Shown here piece after piece: positions 29,659-38,483 of a DNA stretch of 64,000 nucleotides (position 1 is its first letter; the number at the start of each line of letters is the position of its first letter). The stretch is from contig JBPCMN010000034.1 in the NCBI GenBank assembly GCA_051002235.1, positions 1,669-65,668 on the forward strand, given 5' to 3'. The DNA comes from Acidimicrobiia bacterium (GTDB lineage Bacteria; Actinomycetota; Acidimicrobiia; IMCC26256; JACDBD01). A program made the translations under genes and the position numbers. The notes beneath the pieces were generated by a model that searched no databases, was not told the origin of the DNA, and saw only the letters and a list, made by a program, of their open reading frames with translations.

Positions 29659-29723
29659 CCGGACCCCCGCCCCTGGGGGGAGGAGCGGGGGTCCGGTGAG
29701 GGCGGGGGTCCGGTGAGGGCGGG
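29659..29723 (-). terminator. GC-rich hairpin downstream of rpf with one arm duplicated
   Basis: CCGGACCCCCGC...GCGGGGGTCCGG, with GCGGGGGTCCGGTGAGG repeated in tandem. Confidence 0.45.
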
Positions 29724-29737
29724 TGCCCGACGTCGGG

Positions 29738-30295
29738 TCAGCCGCAGACGGGCCAGGGCGACGAGCCGCTCTGGCCGTACAGGGCCGCGGCCCGGGCGTC
29801 CTGCTCCTCCGGCGGAGCGGCGGCGGGGTCGCCGGTACCGCCGACCGACTCCCAGGTCCTCTGGTCGAACTGGTAGGCGCCCCGATAGGTGCCGCTGCTG
29901 CTCACGGCGCCGTAGTTACCGTGCGACTCGCACTCCCGGATGCAGGCCAGGCCGCCGGCGCAGCGGCTCCGGGCCGAGCCCGAGCCCTGCTGGCGGGACT
30001 GGGCGGCGGCCTCGGCTTGGCGGGCGGCCTCGGCCCGGCGGGCGTCGTCCATCAGCTGCCAGTACCGCTGGATCTCGGCCTGGGCCATGGCATCGGCATA
30101 GGCGGCTGCGGCCGCGCCCTGCTGGACGGCCTGGGCGTCGCCGTAGACGGTGGTTTCCGGGGCGGCGGCCGGCCGCCCCGAATCGGGACGCTCCCCGGAT
30201 GCGAGGTTGTCTCCTCGGGCGATCTGGGTGACGGCGACGGCGAGGCCGAGGGCCAGCACCGCCGGACCGACAGCCAATGCGAGTCGGGTGCGCAT
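29738..30295 (-). CDS. rpf: Resuscitation-promoting factor (Rpf) transglycosylase
   Basis: Signal peptide; CIRECESHGNY..GAYQFDQRTW..PAAAPPEEQDARA..PWPVCG; AGGAGG SD. Confidence 0.9.
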   Translation of the reverse strand: MRTRLALAVGPAVLALGLAVAVTQIARGDNLASGERPDSGRPAAAPETTVYGDAQAVQQGAAAAAYADAMAQAEIQRYWQLMDDARRAEAARQAEAAAQSRQQGSGSARSRCAGGLACIRECESHGNYGAVSSSGTYRGAYQFDQRTWESVGGTGDPAAAPPEEQDARAAALYGQSGSSPWPVCG

Positions 30296-30493
30296 GGACG
30301 TTCCTCCTGGAGGGATGGGGGCCCCCGGGCCGGGACCGCGCGCGGCTACAAACCGGGGATTTAGGGAAGAAAGCCAAGAACGGGGAGCTACGCCGCTCGA
30401 CGCCGCGAGCCCGGCTTTCTGATCGCCAACGGTAGTTGCCACTGGGGGCGGTCGCCGAAACCTACTGGCGAGTAACCACCGGAACTACACGGC

Positions 30494-30509
30494 TGTGACT
30501 CATGTCACA
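30494..30509. promoter_or_regulatory. CRP/GlxR-type binding site upstream of rpf
   Basis: Perfect TGTGA-ctcatg-TCACA. Confidence 0.65.
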
Positions 30510-30545
30510 GCCAGGCCTGGCCCCCAATTAACCAGAACCTGGGAC

Positions 30546-31772
30546 TCAGGGCGCGGGTGTGAAGCGCACCGGGAGGTGCTTGATCCCGTTGATGAAACTG
30601 GACCGCAGCCGCTCGGGCGCGCCCGCCAACTCCAGATCGGGGAGGCGGCCGAGGAGCTCGGCGAACATCGTGCGGATCTCGAGCCGGGCCAGGCTGGCGC
30701 CCAGGCAGAAGTGGGTGCCGAACCCGAAGGCCAGGTGGTTGTTGGGGGCCCGGGCCCCGTCGAAGCGGTCGGCGGTCGGGCCGAACACGCCGGCGTCGCG
30801 GTTGGCCGACCCGTAGTACACGACGACCTTGTCGCCCTGGGCGATCTCCCGGCCGGCGAGCTCGGTGTCGCGGGTCGCGGTGCGGCGGAACTGCATGACC
30901 GGGCTGACCCATCGCAGCATCTCCTCGACCGTGGTCGGCAGGAGGGCGGGGTCGGCGAGGAGACGGGTGCGCGCTTCAGGGTGCTCGCACAGCGCCTGGA
31001 GCCCGCCCGAGATCAGGTTGCGGGTCGTCTCGTTCCCGGCGATCACGAGCAGGAAGAAGAACATGTTGAACTCGATGTCAGTGAGGCGACGGCCATCGAC
31101 CTCGGCATGCACCAGGACGCTGCACAGGTCGCCGGCCGGCTCGGTCCGCTTGCGCTCGGCCAGCTCGTGGGCGTACTGGAACATCTCCACCAGCGCGACC
31201 TTGGCGGTGATGTCGGCCTCGGCGGCGTCCTCGGAGCCGTACTCCGGGTCCTCCATCCCGATCAGGCGGTTGCTCCAGTCGAACAGCCGCCAGCGGTCTT
31301 CGCGGGGGACGCCGAGCGTCTCGGCGATCACCTGGAGCGGCAGCTCCGCCGCGACCTCGGTGACGAAGTCGCATTCCCCCTTGGGCGCGACCGCGTCGAC
31401 GATCTCGGTCGTCAACTCGGCCACGTGGTCGCGCAGCGACGCGATCATCCGAGGGGTGAAGGCGCGGTTGACGATGGCCCGGAGGGCGGTGTGCTCGGGC
31501 GGGTCCATGTGGATCAGCTGGAGCCGCATCCCCTCGAGGTCGTCGGGCGGGAGGTCAGCGACGAGCGCCGAGCCTTGCCACGAGGAGAAGAGCCCGGGGT
31601 CGCGCGACACGGTCACGACGTCGTCGTAGCGGGTCACGGCCCAGAAGCCCGACCCGTCGAGCTCGGGGTTCCGGTGGACCGGATCCTCCTCGCGCAACCA
31701 CGCGAACCACTCGTGGGGAACGCCGGCGACGAAGGTGTCGGCGTCGTTCAGGTCGACCTGGCGGACGCTCAC
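30546..31772 (-). CDS. Cytochrome P450 (CYP124/125/142-like)
   Basis: MDPPEH, IAGNETTRN, EEMLR, FGFGTHFCLGASLA. Confidence 0.95.
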   Translation of the reverse strand: MSVRQVDLNDADTFVAGVPHEWFAWLREEDPVHRNPELDGSGFWAVTRYDDVVTVSRDPGLFSSWQGSALVADLPPDDLEGMRLQLIHMDPPEHTALRAIVNRAFTPRMIASLRDHVAELTTEIVDAVAPKGECDFVTEVAAELPLQVIAETLGVPREDRWRLFDWSNRLIGMEDPEYGSEDAAEADITAKVALVEMFQYAHELAERKRTEPAGDLCSVLVHAEVDGRRLTDIEFNMFFFLLVIAGNETTRNLISGGLQALCEHPEARTRLLADPALLPTTVEEMLRWVSPVMQFRRTATRDTELAGREIAQGDKVVVYYGSANRDAGVFGPTADRFDGARAPNNHLAFGFGTHFCLGASLARLEIRTMFAELLGRLPDLELAGAPERLRSSFINGIKHLPVRFTPAP

Positions 31773-31824
31773 CCCGGCATCGTCGCGCGCCCGGCGACTC
31801 CCGCCGGGGCCGATCTCCTGGGAG

Positions 31825-32187
31825 CTACTTGGTGGGGAGGGTGCTGACGACGCCGGTCAGCCGGGTCCGCATCGCCGGGCTGGCGGCACCGTTGATGTCG
31901 AGGCGGGAACCGCCGTCAGCCGCCACCGCGGTGATGTTGAGCGTCTCCTCCTCCTTCACCAGCAGCACGAGAAAGCCGACTCAGGTCAACAGGCCGGCGA
32001 CGATGCCGGTGATCAGGGCCCACTGGGGCATGAACTTGCGCGTGAACACGACCGAGGTGGGGCTCGTCGGGACCATCGTGTAGCCGGGCACGCCCGCCAG
32101 CCCGGTCGTGATCGACTGGATGACTTCCTCGGGCTTTCCGGGAACGTTTGCCGTCTGGACGTGCTGCTGGCCGGCTCCGGTTTCCAT
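31825..32187 (-). pseudogene. Membrane protein ORF with in-frame TGA at 31983-31981
   Basis: GGAGG SD; ...GIVAGLLT*VGFLVLLVKEEETLNITAV...LPTK then TAG; coding-like on both sides. Confidence 0.6.
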
Positions 32188-32275
32188 TATTCGATTGCCT
32201 CCCCTGGCGCACCGCCGGATGGCGGTGTCTAGCCGATCGCGCGCGTTGCTTCAAGAGCGCCGATAGGTTGACGCG

Positions 32276-33187
32276 ATGCGCGTCGGGGTCTCGCTCCGGA
32301 CCAGCTTCGTTACCGACGACGTGCGCCTCGGCGCTCGCTGGGTCGTCGAGCGGGCCCGGGCCGCATGGGACGCGGAGCTCGACTCGCTGTTCGTCGGCGA
32401 CCACCACGTCACGCCGGTGCCCTACTACCAGAACACCCCGATGCTGGGCCGGTTGCTGGCGGAGTGGGGCGACCGGCCGTTCGGAGCGCTGTTCCTGTTG
32501 CCGCTGTGGAACCCGGTGCTGGTCGCCGAGCAGGTCGGGACACTGGCCACGTTCGCGCCCGGGCGTTTCATTCTGCCGTGCGCCGTCGGTGGGGGCGAGC
32601 AGCAGTTCGCGGGGATGGGGGTCGACCATCGCCGCCGCCCGTCGCACTTCGAGGCCGGCCTCGACATCGTCCGTCGCCTGCTGGCGGGCGAGACCGTGAG
32701 CGCCGACGGCCCCTGCCGGGTGCGCGAGGCCCGCATCTCGCCGATCCCGCCCGAGCCGGTGGAGGTGTGGATCGGCGGGACGGCCGAGCCCGCGGTCGAC
32801 CGTGCCGCCCGCCTCGGGGACGGGTTCCTCGCCAACGCCGACCCCACTCCGGCCCAGGCCCGCGAGTTGCTGGACCTGTACCGCGAACGCGCCGCCGCGC
32901 ACGACCGGGAGCCGACTGCATTCGCGATCCGGCGCGACATCCACGTCGGCGCGGACGACGCCGACGCCGAAGCGGTGGCCGGGCCGGTCGTGGCGGGCGG
33001 CTACCGCGGCTTCGACCCGTCGGCGTGTACGTACGGCGGTGTCGAGCAGGTGGCCGAACGGTTCCGCGAGTACGCGGCGATGGGGTACACCGACGTGATC
33101 GTTCGCCACCTCGCCGAGGACCACGCCGAGGTGCTGAAGAGCTTCGAGCGCCTCGCCGAGGTCAGGCGGTTGGTAAGGGACGCTTAG
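32276..33187 (+). CDS. LLM-class flavin-dependent oxidoreductase
   Basis: LFVGDHH, PLWNPVLVAEQVGTL, VWIGG..AVDRAARLGDG. Confidence 0.88.
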   Translation: MRVGVSLRTSFVTDDVRLGARWVVERARAAWDAELDSLFVGDHHVTPVPYYQNTPMLGRLLAEWGDRPFGALFLLPLWNPVLVAEQVGTLATFAPGRFILPCAVGGGEQQFAGMGVDHRRRPSHFEAGLDIVRRLLAGETVSADGPCRVREARISPIPPEPVEVWIGGTAEPAVDRAARLGDGFLANADPTPAQARELLDLYRERAAAHDREPTAFAIRRDIHVGADDADAEAVAGPVVAGGYRGFDPSACTYGGVEQVAERFREYAAMGYTDVIVRHLAEDHAEVLKSFERLAEVRRLVRDA

Positions 33188-33792
33188 CTGGGCGGGCGCA
33201 GGGCGGTGTCGAGCACCGAGAACGCCGCGACCGCCCGCCTCGAGTCCGGTTCGACACCGGCTTGGAGGTACGCCATCAGCAGCGCGAGGACGATCGACTC
33301 CAAGCCTTCGGAGAGCAGCACGGGGTCGACATCGGCGCGCACCTCCCCGGTCTCTTGGGCCGCCGCCAGCTGCTCGGCGTTGTCGGCGACGATTCCCTTC
33401 AGCGACGGAATGTCGAGCAGCCGCCCGACGACCTCGGGTTCGTGGCCGGCCAGGACCCGCCGGGCGAGGGGATGCTCGTCGAGCCGCTCGACGAGGGTGG
33501 CCACCAGCACGCCGAAGCGCTCGCGGATCGATGCGTCCGGGAGGGCAGCCCGAGCCTTGTCGATCAGGGCGCCGGCGTCGGCGTCGACCGCCGCCTTGAA
33601 CAGCGCCTCCTTCCCGGCGAAGTAGGCGTAGGCGGCCGCCGGGGTGAGGCCGGCCTCGCGGGCGATGTCGGAGACCGACGTGCGCCGGTACCCGTCGGCG
33701 GCGAAGCGGCGCACCGCGATCTCGAGCAGACGGGTCCGGGTGCGCTCACCCTTCCCGACCGCGACCGCCGCGGCGGCGAGGACGTCGGCCAT
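33184..33792 (-). CDS. TetR/AcrR family regulator
   Basis: KGERTRTRLLEIAVRRFAADGYRRTSVSDIAREAGLTPAAAYAYFAGKEALF. Confidence 0.9.
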   Translation of the reverse strand: MADVLAAAAVAVGKGERTRTRLLEIAVRRFAADGYRRTSVSDIAREAGLTPAAAYAYFAGKEALFKAAVDADAGALIDKARAALPDASIRERFGVLVATLVERLDEHPLARRVLAGHEPEVVGRLLDIPSLKGIVADNAEQLAAAQETGEVRADVDPVLLSEGLESIVLALLMAYLQAGVEPDSRRAVAAFSVLDTALRPPS

Positions 33793-33878
33793 GGGTGCAT
33801 TCTGCCAGGTCAGGCGGGTGTTTTCGAGGATTTGATGATTCTCGTTGATTTGTCGATTTGGTGGGGTAGAGTGACCTC

Positions 33879-34865
33879 ATGACCGCAACTGCGACTGCGA
33901 CCCCCACCACAACCCCCAGGACCGCCTCCGACCGCATCGGACGACTGTCGACCGCGTCGGTCCGCAAGGTGCTGGAGCCCGAGGAGCTGTTCGACTGGTC
34001 CTCGCTCGGTGCCGGCCAGGTCATCGGCGACGAGCTGCTCACCACCCGCGGCCTCGATCTCGATCTCGACGCCGAGACCAAGGCCCGTCTCTCCCGCGAG
34101 GAAGTGGCGGCCATGCTCGAGATGGGGATCCGCTTCGAAGCCGTCCTCAACTCCGGCTTCGCGCTCCAGATCGCCGAGTGCCGCGACGTCTCCGATCCTC
34201 GGGTCACCTACATGCTCCACGAGATCGCCGAAGAGACCCGCCATCAACGCGCCTTCATCCGCCTGGTCGAGGAGCTCGCCCCCCGAGCGAAGAACCCGCT
34301 CGCCCGGGGCGTGTTCGACCGGATCGCCACGTTCAACATCCGACGCTTCATCAAGATGCCGGCGTTCCTCATGGTGCTGGTGCTGGCGGGTGAGGAGATC
34401 CCCGACCTGCTCCAGAAGCTCGCGTCGGAGCACCCCGACACCGACCCCCTGCTGAGGGACGTGAACCGCTACCACCGTCAGGAGGAGTCGCGGCACCTGT
34501 CGTTCGCCCGCACGACTCTGCCCGAGCTCTACGGCCGGGCGGGCCGGCTCCAGCGGCTCCGCGTCCGCTACTTCGCTCCGCTCATCATCGGCGGGCTGTT
34601 CGCGACGTTCGTGCACCCGGGTGTGTACGCCTCGGTCGGCCTGCCCGGGTTCAAGACCTGGCGGGCGGTGAACCGCTCACCCGAGCGGATCGCGGTCCGG
34701 CATTGCGCGACCCGCAACATCCTGAAGGCGCTGCTCGACGCCGGGATCTTCAAGCGCGGCCGGATCCCGCGCGGTTGGCGGAAGCTGTGCGGCGTCGACC
34801 GCCACGGCGAGCCGATCCCGGGTGACGTGGCCCTCCCCGGCGACGTCGACGTGGCCGCCGCCTGA
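33879..34865 (+). CDS. AurF-like diiron oxygenase
   Basis: GIRFE, HEIAEETRH, LAGEEIPD, HRQEESRH diiron ligands. Confidence 0.85.
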   Translation: MTATATATPTTTPRTASDRIGRLSTASVRKVLEPEELFDWSSLGAGQVIGDELLTTRGLDLDLDAETKARLSREEVAAMLEMGIRFEAVLNSGFALQIAECRDVSDPRVTYMLHEIAEETRHQRAFIRLVEELAPRAKNPLARGVFDRIATFNIRRFIKMPAFLMVLVLAGEEIPDLLQKLASEHPDTDPLLRDVNRYHRQEESRHLSFARTTLPELYGRAGRLQRLRVRYFAPLIIGGLFATFVHPGVYASVGLPGFKTWRAVNRSPERIAVRHCATRNILKALLDAGIFKRGRIPRGWRKLCGVDRHGEPIPGDVALPGDVDVAAA

Positions 34866-34869
34866 GGCG

Positions 34870-35193
34870 CTAGCGGCCGGCCCGCCTGAGCTTGTAGCGG
34901 GCGAGCTTCTCGACCCGGGCGATGTGCTCGGGGGACCGACGGAACCGCCACGCCATGTCCTGGGGGCGGGCGCCCTGCTCTCGCCACTTCAAGACCCGCC
35001 GCTCCAGCGGGGTGAGGCTGTCGTCACGGGTCACCGCGGCCCGCTCGTGGGGGGCGCCCGCGAGCAGCGCGACCCGCTTCACGAACCCGGGACTACGACG
35101 GAACTTGCGGGCGATCGCGGCGTCGTCGAGGCCGGCTTCTCGTAGCGCGAGCACGCGGCGTTCGATCGGCCGGAGGTCCTTCGTCATCGCCAC
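34870..35193 (-). CDS. Small protein with two tandem HTH-like repeats
   Basis: LRPIERRVLALREAG..IARKFRRSP and LTPLERRVLKWREQG..MAWRFRRSP. Confidence 0.7.
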   Translation of the reverse strand: MAMTKDLRPIERRVLALREAGLDDAAIARKFRRSPGFVKRVALLAGAPHERAAVTRDDSLTPLERRVLKWREQGARPQDMAWRFRRSPEHIARVEKLARYKLRRAGR

Positions 35194-35220
35194 CGGCCCA
35201 TGATGCCACCCCGTTGCTAC

Positions 35221-36765
35221 TCATTCGCTGAGCGCCAGGTCCTCCAGCACCGCCATGGCGGCGTTACGACCGTTGATTCCGATGACCGACCCACCCGGGT
35301 GGGTGGCGGCGCCGCACAGGTAGAGGCCGGGGATCGGTGTGCGCGGCGCGAAGCGCCGTTCCCACATCTGGTCGGGCAGGCATTCCCCCTGGAAGATGTG
35401 GCCGCCGGTGAGCCCGATGCGCGCTTCGACGTCGGGTGGTCCCAGCACCTGGCGTTCCTCTACGCAGTCGGCGACGTCGGGGGCGAAGCGGGCGATGACG
35501 GCGAGGGCGAGATCGCCGATCTCGTCCCGCCGGTCGTCCCATCCCCCCTCGGCGAGCTCGTACGGCGCGTACTGCGCGAACACGCTCATCAGGTGGCGGT
35601 CCGGCGGCGCGACCGATGGGTCATAGGGAGTCTGGAAGTAGACCTCGCACCACTCGACTGCGGGCTCGCCCCGCCGGCTCGCCTCGAACGCGGCCTGGGT
35701 GTGAGCGATGCTGCGGCCGATCTCGACCTGGGCCCGGTACACGTGGTCGGGACGGTCGGGAGCGGCGGTGAACGTGGGCAGGCGGGTGAGCGCGCAGTTG
35801 ACCTTCAACACCGGGCTCTGGCAGCGCCACTCGTCGACGCGGGTCCGGAAGTCCGCCGGCACGTGGGCATCGCCGCAGAGGGCGAGCGTCCGCTTGGGGT
35901 CGGCGTTCGACACGACCGTCGCCGCCTCGATGCGATCCCCGCCCGCGAGCTCGACGCCTTCACCGGGGCGGATGGCCGCCACCGGCGCGCCCGCCGCGAC
36001 CGCCGCGCCCGCATCGCGGGCGGCGTCGGCGATGCAGAACGAGATGCGACCCATCCCCCCCTCGACGTAGCTCCAGCCGCCGAGGAGGCCGAGGGAGTGG
36101 AGAGCATGGATCCAGGCGGTGCCCGGATCACGGGGCCCCGCGGCCGTGCCGATGATGCCCTGGCCGTGGAGCGCGGTGCGGAGACGTTCGTCGCCGACGT
36201 GGCGTTCGATCACGTCGGCGATCGGCGCGTCGCCCAGCACGACGTCGCGCCCCTCGGCGTCGTCGCCGAGTAGCGCGTCGAGCTCGGCGCGCGACGGCGC
36301 GTCGCCGATCCAGGTGTCGCGGGGCCCGGTGCGCAACGCCGCCCGGATGCGGCCGAAGATCGCCTGGTAGGCGAGGAACCCGTCGGCGTCGCGGGGCGAG
36401 AAGGCGTCGAGTTCGGCGCGCGTGCGCGCCGGGTCGAGCCATTGCGTGAGTGACGTCCCGTCCTCGAACGGCGTCCACTGGGTGGGGTCGGCGACGAACG
36501 TGCGGTAGCCGTAGCTCGCCAACGCGAGCTCATCGATCACGAGCGGGTGCAGTAGGCCGACCAGGTAGGCGCACGGGCTCACGACGTAGCGGGGATCGCC
36601 GAAGGGCTGCTCGAGGGTGCAGGCGCCGCCGAGCTGCTCCCGGCGCTCAAGGACGAGCACGGAGCGGCCCGCGCGGGCCAGGTACGCGGCCGCGGTGAGG
36701 CCGTTGTGCCCGCCGCCGACGACAACTACGTCCCAGCGCCGCCGGACCAGTTCGTCGAGCGGCAT
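35221..36765 (-). CDS. Phytoene-desaturase-like FAD-dependent oxidoreductase
   Basis: VVVGGGHNGLTAAAYLA, LERREQLGGA, GGHIFQG, LYLCGAATHPGG. Confidence 0.9.
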   Translation of the reverse strand: MPLDELVRRRWDVVVVGGGHNGLTAAAYLARAGRSVLVLERREQLGGACTLEQPFGDPRYVVSPCAYLVGLLHPLVIDELALASYGYRTFVADPTQWTPFEDGTSLTQWLDPARTRAELDAFSPRDADGFLAYQAIFGRIRAALRTGPRDTWIGDAPSRAELDALLGDDAEGRDVVLGDAPIADVIERHVGDERLRTALHGQGIIGTAAGPRDPGTAWIHALHSLGLLGGWSYVEGGMGRISFCIADAARDAGAAVAAGAPVAAIRPGEGVELAGGDRIEAATVVSNADPKRTLALCGDAHVPADFRTRVDEWRCQSPVLKVNCALTRLPTFTAAPDRPDHVYRAQVEIGRSIAHTQAAFEASRRGEPAVEWCEVYFQTPYDPSVAPPDRHLMSVFAQYAPYELAEGGWDDRRDEIGDLALAVIARFAPDVADCVEERQVLGPPDVEARIGLTGGHIFQGECLPDQMWERRFAPRTPIPGLYLCGAATHPGGSVIGINGRNAAMAVLEDLALSE

Positions 36766-36777
36766 GGTCCGGTGCGG

Positions 36778-37716
36778 TCAGCCTTCGTGTTCGAGGGTGG
36801 CGGTCCCGGGGACCATCGCGTCGGTCAGCAATCGGTCGATCGCACTGTCGTCCTCGTACAGGAAGCCGTTCCAGAAGTCGACCGTGACGGTGACGACGAG
36901 CTCGTCGGCGGGGTCGTCGTCGTCCTGGAACGGTGCCGAGTGGAGAGCGCGCTCGATCGTCCAGAGGTACTTGGGCGGGCTCGCCATGCTGTACGGGTCG
37001 CGGCCGCTGTTGTCGGCGTTGCCCGCGATGACCATCAGCGGGACCGGGGGCCACTCGAACTCGCCTTCGAAGTCGAGCAGCATCCCCGCCATGACGAGGG
37101 CGGCGTCGACGCGGTCGTCGCGGCAGCAGCTGTTGAAGCCGATGCCGTAGACGGTTGCTCCGCCTAACGACAAGCCGGCGACGCCGACGTGGTCGGCGGC
37201 GACCAGGCCGGCCAGCGGGCCCTCGTCGCCCTCGCTGCGCGCCAGCACCTCGTCGATGACGAAGCTCATGTCGCCGGGCTGGTTGTTGTAGTCGGCGATG
37301 ACCTGCATCGGCACCTGGTTGCTCGTGAGCGGGAACAGCGGGACCGCGACCACATAGCCGGCCGACGCCCACCCGGTCGTGAGCTCGGTGAACTTGTCCG
37401 GGTTCCCGGTGAGGCCGTGGGCCAGCACGATCAGCGGGAACGGGCCGTCCCCCTGGGGGTAGTGGATCGTGGTGACGAGCGTGCGCGAGGGTCCGCTCCC
37501 CTGGCCGTCGGGCGTCTCGGTCGGACGCGAGTCGTCGACGTAGGTCTCGCTCAGCGCGGCCACTTGATACGTCCCGGGCGCGGCCGCGGTCGGGAGGTCT
37601 TGTTCGACGTCCCCCGGCGAGGGCGGCACCGAGGACGACCCGCCGTCGTCGTCGTCACCGCACGCCCCGACCACCGCGAGCAGGGCGACGATCAGGAAGA
37701 TGGTGGCGCGGCGCAC
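36778..37716 (-). CDS. Alpha/beta hydrolase lipoprotein (chlorophyllase/PAF-AH-like)
   Basis: Lipobox VGAC; PLIVLAHG, GLSLGG, candidate Asp (GNAD) and His (ALHS). Confidence 0.8.
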   Translation of the reverse strand: MRRATIFLIVALLAVVGACGDDDDGGSSSVPPSPGDVEQDLPTAAAPGTYQVAALSETYVDDSRPTETPDGQGSGPSRTLVTTIHYPQGDGPFPLIVLAHGLTGNPDKFTELTTGWASAGYVVAVPLFPLTSNQVPMQVIADYNNQPGDMSFVIDEVLARSEGDEGPLAGLVAADHVGVAGLSLGGATVYGIGFNSCCRDDRVDAALVMAGMLLDFEGEFEWPPVPLMVIAGNADNSGRDPYSMASPPKYLWTIERALHSAPFQDDDDPADELVVTVTVDFWNGFLYEDDSAIDRLLTDAMVPGTATLEHEG

Positions 37717-37739
37717 GCCTCCAGTCTGACGTGTCGGGC

Positions 37740-38483
37740 TCACAAGCGGCCGGCGGCGATGATCCGTTTCAGGAACGCGGCGGTGCGCGGGTTGGCCGGC
37801 TCGGTGAAGATCTGCTCGGGCGGGCCCTGCTCGAGGATCGATCCTTCGTCGAGGAAGCAGACCTCGGTGGCGATGTCGCGGGCGAAGCTCATCTCGTGGG
37901 TAGCGAGCAGCATCGTCATGCCCTCGGTCGCGAGCTCGCGGACGATCTCGAGTACTTCCGCCACCAACTCGGGGTCGAGCGCGCTGGTGATCTCGTCGAG
38001 CAGCATGAGCTTCGGCTGCATCGCCAAGGCCCGCGCGATAGCCACCCGCTGCTGCTGACCGCCGGAGAGGCGGTCGGGGTACTCCCCCGCCTTGTCGGCG
38101 AGACCGATCCGATCGAGCAGGCGGGTGGCGCGCTCGCGAGCTTCGGCGCGCGGCAGGCCGAGCACCTCCCGGGGGCCGAGGGCCACGTTGCGGAGCACGG
38201 TCATGTGGGGGAAGAGGTTGAAGTTCTGGAAGACGATCCCGACTTCTCGCCGGAGCCGGTTGAGGGCGAAGTCATCCTGGAGCACGGGCCGGTTGTCGAC
38301 GGTGATAGTGCCGGCGTCGACGGCCTCGAGACCGTTGATGCAGCGGAGCAGGGTCGACTTTCCCGACCCCGACGCGCCGATGACGCAGACCACCTCGTGC
38401 TCGTCGACGTTCAGGTCGACACCCTGGAGCACGAGGTTCTTCCCGAACCGCTTCTCCACCGCGCTGATCTCGAGAAACGCCAT
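37740..38483 (-). CDS. Polar amino-acid ABC transporter ATP-binding protein
   Basis: GASGSGKS, LSGGQQQ, LLDEITSALDPE, THEM. Confidence 0.93.
   Translation of the reverse strand: MAFLEISAVEKRFGKNLVLQGVDLNVDEHEVVCVIGASGSGKSTLLRCINGLEAVDAGTITVDNRPVLQDDFALNRLRREVGIVFQNFNLFPHMTVLRNVALGPREVLGLPRAEARERATRLLDRIGLADKAGEYPDRLSGGQQQRVAIARALAMQPKLMLLDEITSALDPELVAEVLEIVRELATEGMTMLLATHEMSFARDIATEVCFLDEGSILEQGPPEQIFTEPANPRTAAFLKRIIAAGRL

Noticed and set aside
30296-30480. ydaO c-di-AMP riboswitch before rpf
   Set aside because: Conserved ydaO sequence blocks not visible
35221-36765. crtI carotenoid cluster
   Set aside because: Belongs to the broad phytoene-dehydrogenase-like family; no crtB, crtE or cyclase nearby
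30546-36765. Secondary-metabolite biosynthetic cluster
   Set aside because: No scaffold enzyme (PKS, NRPS, terpene synthase, RiPP maturase) in the window
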